A program made the translations under genes and the position numbers. From the NCBI GenBank assembly GCA_944340685.1, contig CALVLR010000155.1:1-45593 (forward strand): a stretch of 45,593 bases of DNA, read 5' to 3'. This DNA comes from an uncultured Clostridia bacterium (GTDB lineage Bacteria > Bacillota > Clostridia > Christensenellales > Borkfalkiaceae). Positions 41,748-45,593 of this stretch are shown here, in pieces. Within the stretch, counting starts at the first letter, position 1. Every line of letters begins with the position of its first letter. The notes under the pieces were generated by a model that saw only the letters and a program-made list of their open reading frames with translations, searched no databases and was not told the DNA's origin.

Positions 41748-43445
41748 CTATGAAAGGGAGTTTTTGTAAGATTCAGCCGAGTTTAACAGCTCCGCCGCAT
41801 GCAGCAGAGCGGTTGGATTCTCTGCGTCTCCGCCGATGAGCCGCGCGATCTCACGGAGGCGCGCCTCCCCTTCCGCTTCGCGGATGCAGGTATGCGTTCT
41901 TCCGCCGCCTTCCTCTTTTTCGATGATAAACTCCTTGTCTGCAAAAGAAGCGATCTGCGCCAAATGCGATACTGCGATGATCTGAATATGTTTTGCGATC
42001 TTGCAGAATTTCTCCGCAACGGTGCGCGCCGTCTTTCCGCCGATCCCCGCGTCGATCTCATCGAAAATATATGTACCGATCGCATTGACCGACGAGAGCT
42101 GCGCCTTGACGGCGAGCATAAAACGGCTCATTTCGCCGCCGCTGATGATCTTTCCGAGCTCTTTCAGCGGCTCTCCCGCGTTGGCTGAGAAAAGGAATCT
42201 GACGCCGCCAAGCCCCTCTGCGGTCGCCTTCGGCGCGTCTTCGCGGACAAAGTCTTCGAATTGTATTTCAAAGCGCGCGGAACGGATATTCAAAGTCTTC
42301 AATTCTTCGACGACACGCGAAGTAAAACCTTCCGCGGCCTCTTTCCGCGCGGCGGAAAGCCTGACGCAGACGCTGAAAATATCGTCCTCAGCCTTCTCCA
42401 GCTGTTTTGTGAGCATCTCGAATTTTGCGCCGCTGTCGGAGAGCAATTCGTATTCTTTTTCTGCATTTTCGAGAAAGGTCAGGATCTCCCGCACGGAAGG
42501 ACCGTATTTTCTCTTCAGGGTTTTGAGTTCATCGAGCCTGTTTTCGACGCGCTCCGCTTCCCGTTCGTCGACGTCGAGTTTCTCTGCGTAGGATTCCGCG
42601 GCGTCGGCAACGTCTTCAAGCTCGGCGGTCGCATTCTCCAATCGTTCGGAAAGCGCCGCATACGCTTCGTCGAATTTCGAGATAGCCGCAAGGCTGCGGG
42701 CGGCGCCGCGCAAAGCGTCGACCGCCCCTCCGTCCGCCGTCATATACTGCCGCGCGGCAGACAGACCGTCTAAGATCTTTTCTGCATTGCGCCAGCGTTC
42801 GCGGAAAGCGAGCAGCTCCTCTTCCTCGCCCTCTTTCAGCTGTGCGGATGCGATCTCCTCGATCTGAAATTTTAAAATATCCAGCCTGCGGGTGCGCTCT
42901 CCTTCGTCTCCGCCCAATTTTTCGCGGTCTGAAAGAATGGAGCGGCGGCGTGCGAGAAGAGATGCAAGCTCCCGTTTGATCGCCGCAACCGGTTCGCCTG
43001 CAACGTCATCCAAAAGACGAAGCTGATTGCTCTCTTTGAGAAGGTAGAAATGTTCGCTCTGTCCGTGAACGTCGACAAGGTACGCCGTCAGCCTCCTGAG
43101 CATAGAAACTGTCACGCTTGCGCCGTTGACTTTTAAAGTCCCCTTTCCGTCCGCCGTGAACCTGCGCGATATGATCAGCTCATCCTCCGCTTCAAGATCA
43201 AACTCTTCAAGGATCGCTTTGATGCGCGCGTCATAGTCTGTAAATTCCGCGCGCACGAGACAGAACGCTTCCCCTGAGCGGATCATCGCTTTGTCGGCTT
43301 TTGCCCCGAGGACAAAGTCAATGGAATCGAGAATGATGGATTTGCCCGCGCCCGTCTCTCCGGAAAGGACGTTGAGTTTTTCCGAAAATTCTATGTCCGC
43401 GCGCTCGATAAGCGCAACGTTTTCGATCAGAAGTCTTTTTAACAT
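41748..43445 (-). CDS. recN: DNA repair protein RecN
   Basis: MLKRLLIENVALIE...LNVLSGETGAGKSIILDSI carries Walker A, followed by coiled coils and the C-terminal signature GGEMSRFMLA...FDEIDAGIGG. Confidence 0.93.
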   Translation of the reverse strand: MLKRLLIENVALIERADIEFSEKLNVLSGETGAGKSIILDSIDFVLGAKADKAMIRSGEAFCLVRAEFTDYDARIKAILEEFDLEAEDELIISRRFTADGKGTLKVNGASVTVSMLRRLTAYLVDVHGQSEHFYLLKESNQLRLLDDVAGEPVAAIKRELASLLARRRSILSDREKLGGDEGERTRRLDILKFQIEEIASAQLKEGEEEELLAFRERWRNAEKILDGLSAARQYMTADGGAVDALRGAARSLAAISKFDEAYAALSERLENATAELEDVADAAESYAEKLDVDEREAERVENRLDELKTLKRKYGPSVREILTFLENAEKEYELLSDSGAKFEMLTKQLEKAEDDIFSVCVRLSAARKEAAEGFTSRVVEELKTLNIRSARFEIQFEDFVREDAPKATAEGLGGVRFLFSANAGEPLKELGKIISGGEMSRFMLAVKAQLSSVNAIGTYIFDEIDAGIGGKTARTVAEKFCKIAKHIQIIAVSHLAQIASFADKEFIIEKEEGGGRTHTCIREAEGEARLREIARLIGGDAENPTALLHAAELLNSAESYKNSLS

Positions 43446-43900
43446 ATCTCCTTGACCAGCGCGGAAAGCCGTTCGGCGACGGTTTTTCCCGCTTCATCCG
43501 TCTCGCAGATCAAAAGAACGGTATCGTCGCCCGCGATCGATCCGACGACTTCCGCATACGCCAATCCGTCGATGACGACGCCTGCATTTGCGCCGCTCCC
43601 GGGAAGCGTTTTTACAACGATCTGATTTCTGACGGGCGTAATTTTAATGACGCACGCCTGAAAAAGTGCGCGCAGTTTTTCGGAGACGCCGCCCTCGTGT
43701 TCCCGCAGGGAAGCGTAGCGGAAGCGTTTCTGCGTGCCTTTAAGTTTAATTAAGTGCAGGTCTTTGATGTCGCGCGAGACGGTCGCCTGCGTCACCTGCA
43801 TGCCCTGCGCCGCAAGTTCGGCGCAAAGCTCCTCCTGCGTTTCGATCTCCTGCGCTCCGATAATTTCCAGAATTTTCGCATGTCTTGCATTACGCGCCAT
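43439..43900 (-). CDS. argR: arginine repressor
   Basis: Has the N-terminal wHTH (RHAKILEII...QEEL...GMQVTQATVSRDIKDL) and the C-terminal GTIAGDDT-like motif (GSIAGDDTVLLI). Confidence 0.92.
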   Translation of the reverse strand: MARNARHAKILEIIGAQEIETQEELCAELAAQGMQVTQATVSRDIKDLHLIKLKGTQKRFRYASLREHEGGVSEKLRALFQACVIKITPVRNQIVVKTLPGSGANAGVVIDGLAYAEVVGSIAGDDTVLLICETDEAGKTVAERLSALVKEIC

Positions 43901-43913
43901 ATGAGTTCTCCGT

Positions 43914-44699
43914 TTAATTGATTTTTTCGGTAAGCCTGCGGAAATATTCGCTCAAACCCCGCGTTAAGAATGCGGCGCTCCGCACGGATTTTCTGATGAT
44001 AAGTTTATCCTCCGATCCCGCCTGACCGAGATAAACGCCGTCTCCATACAGGACAAGCGCTCCCTTGGGGAGAGAAAACCCGAGTTCGCTGCGGTTGGAA
44101 TAGGCGATCGGACGGCTCCGCATGGAAAATGCGCAGACGGGCGTCAGTTGAAATGTCTCGCAATCGGGCGTCATGATGCTTCCCCCCGCCGAGAGCGAGT
44201 ACGCTGTGGAACCTGTCGGCGTGGTCACGATCAATCCGTCCGCGACAAACTCGCCTGCGTGGCTTCCGTCGATCGTAACGTCGATGGTGACGACGCGGTT
44301 ATCTTTCTCCGGCGCGATGGGATGCAGCAGCGCGAGTTCATTCAGGCAGTCGCAGCGGCTGCCGTTCAGCTCCACTTCCAGCATGGCGCGGTTGAGAACG
44401 GCGCAGTTTTCATCGAGCACGAGCGGAACGACCTTTTCCGCCTCTTCCCGCTCAAATTCGGTAAGAAACCCGAGACGGCCGAAATTGACGCCGACCACAG
44501 GAATATTCAGAAGCGAAGCTCTTTTTGCCGCGCGGAGCATGGTTCCGTCGCCGCCGAGAACGACGAGGCGGTCTCCGCACAGCTCAGAAAGATCGTCTAT
44601 GAGAATCGCCGTATGCCCTGCCGCATAGATGCGCGCGGCAAGCTTTTCGGCAACGTACCGTTCCACCTGATCGCGATTGTAATAAATTCCGATATTCAT
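43914..44699 (-). CDS. nadK: NAD kinase
   Basis: Contains VVLGGDGTMLRAA, the GVNFGRLGFLT motifs and TPTGSTAYSLSAGG. ATG at 44699 has no SD. Confidence 0.9.
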   Translation of the reverse strand: MNIGIYYNRDQVERYVAEKLAARIYAAGHTAILIDDLSELCGDRLVVLGGDGTMLRAAKRASLLNIPVVGVNFGRLGFLTEFEREEAEKVVPLVLDENCAVLNRAMLEVELNGSRCDCLNELALLHPIAPEKDNRVVTIDVTIDGSHAGEFVADGLIVTTPTGSTAYSLSAGGSIMTPDCETFQLTPVCAFSMRSRPIAYSNRSELGFSLPKGALVLYGDGVYLGQAGSEDKLIIRKSVRSAAFLTRGLSEYFRRLTEKIN

Positions 44700-44706
44700 T
44701 GCCTGT

Positions 44707-44735
44707 ATTATACACCAAACATTGTATATATGCAA
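44707..44735 (-). promoter_or_regulatory. sigma-A promoter for nadK-argR-recN; the predicted TSS falls at the ATG
   Basis: Read on the minus strand: TTGCAT, a 17-nt spacer, then TATAAT, then 7 nt (ACAGGCA), then ATG 44699. Confidence 0.55.
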
Positions 44736-44764
44736 GAGAATACGCAAAAATTTTATAAATTTAT

Positions 44765-45526
44765 TCAAACAAGCTGCGCCGCGTGTTTTAAAAAATCAGA
44801 CAGGCCCATGGCTTGCCCTTCTTTTTTCAGAAACACGATGTATTCGATATTTTTTCGTTCGCGGATCGGCGCATTGACGATGTTCTGAGGGGCGAGCGCG
44901 TGTTCCGTACAGAACGCGTAGAAATTTTCGAGCAATGATCTATGATACCTGAGAGGCAGAATGCCGCCCTTTCCCAAGCCCTTTCCCCCGCATTCGAACT
45001 GCGGTTTGAAAAGAACAAACGCTCTGCCGCCGCGATCCAAAAGCTGTGCAACAGCGGGAAGCACCAACTGCAGAGAGATAAAACTCAGATCGGAAACGAC
45101 GCCGTCGAGCTGCTGCGGAAAATCTTCCCGTTTGAGATAGCGCGCATTGGTGGAGTCCATGACGACGACGCGCTCGTCGGAGCGGATACGCGCGTCCAGC
45201 TGGCTCTCTCCGACGTCCACCGCGTAGACGCGTTTTACGCCGTTTTGCAGCAGAACATCACAAAATCCGCCCGTACTCGCACCAAGATCGGCAAAGACCT
45301 GCCCTTCGACGCGTTCTTTGAACGTTTCCAACCCGCGCGCCAATTTATATCCGCCGCGCGAGACGTACGCTTCCTCTTCCTCTGCAAACGTGAAAACATC
45401 GCCGTCGCAGACGTCGTCGGACGGCGCAAGCAGCTTGCCGTTCCGCTGTATCTGTCCGCGCAGCAGCGCTTCCTTGGCGCGCGTCCGCGACCCGTATTTT
45501 TTTGCAAAATAACTATCTGCGCGCAT
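44765..45526 (-). CDS. tlyA: TlyA-family rRNA (cytidine-2'-O)-methyltransferase
   Basis: Has an S4-like N-terminus and a SAM-binding DLGASTGGF motif in an FtsJ fold. It sits upstream of nadK-argR-recN, as in Bacillus. Start is ATG 45526, with GTG 45538 as an alternative. Confidence 0.85.
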   Translation of the reverse strand: MRADSYFAKKYGSRTRAKEALLRGQIQRNGKLLAPSDDVCDGDVFTFAEEEEAYVSRGGYKLARGLETFKERVEGQVFADLGASTGGFCDVLLQNGVKRVYAVDVGESQLDARIRSDERVVVMDSTNARYLKREDFPQQLDGVVSDLSFISLQLVLPAVAQLLDRGGRAFVLFKPQFECGGKGLGKGGILPLRYHRSLLENFYAFCTEHALAPQNIVNAPIRERKNIEYIVFLKKEGQAMGLSDFLKHAAQLV

Positions 45527-45593
45527 TGCAATTTCCACTCCTTAAAACAATAGTATTCCAGAGATATTACTATGTAAAAATAGGAAAAATGAG

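Noticed and set aside
43440-43950. A LexA box upstream of recN.
   Set aside because: recN overlaps argR and appears to be co-transcribed from the nadK promoter. I found no GAAC-N4-GTTC-like motif by eye in argR or in the nadK promoter region.

Overview
This 45.6-kb window looks like ordinary chromosomal core DNA from a moderately GC-rich, endospore-forming Firmicute. The Clostridia-like assignment is inferred from spoVG, spoIVB, ytfJ, a spoIIM-like gene, two S11 D-Ala-D-Ala carboxypeptidases and the ispH-rpsA fusion. I call 41 CDS and one tRNA-Trp, and I see no rRNA, CRISPR array, transposon or prophage. From left to right the content is:
- purB (3' end), galE, tRNA-Trp, proC, rnhA, a TVP38-family membrane protein and an HI0933-family flavoprotein.
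- A fused aroH-cmk gene, then plsC, ispH-rpsA, htpG, csp, spoVG, murC, a DUF815 ATPase and ilvC.
- A complete glycogen cluster, glgB-glgC-glgD-glgA-glgP, plus a GH13 enzyme.
- An AT-rich gap, then an XerS-like tyrosine recombinase, hflX, a small Cys-rich gene divergent from lexA, and lexA.
- An uninterrupted minus-strand block: rluB, a dacB-like gene, ytfJ, a ytfI-like gene, scpB, scpA, an M50 protease, an Lsa-family ABC-F, lysA, a dacF-like gene, a spoIIM-like gene, spoIVB, recN, argR, nadK and tlyA.

The most interesting signals are these:
1. A perfect 16-6-16 palindrome, plus a third arm copy, lies just upstream of the XerS-like recombinase and 3.5 kb from a global plus-to-minus gene-strand switch. 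This may be a dif/XerS-type terminus module, or alternatively an invertible switch.
2. One Cheo (LexA) box overlaps a -35 hexamer shared by lexA and a divergent 64-aa protein with 8 cysteines.
3. The Lsa-type ABC-F has an intrinsic terminator abutting its SD and a mini-uORF upstream, which is the layout of an attenuator.
4. A similar promoter-terminator-SD leader precedes the HI0933 flavoprotein gene.
5. Promoter -10 elements sit 5-7 nt upstream of SD-less ATG codons at several genes, suggesting leaderless mRNAs.
6. AroH chorismate mutase is fused to cytidylate kinase with no linker.

All functional calls come from reading the translated ORFs and motifs by eye. No database search was run.
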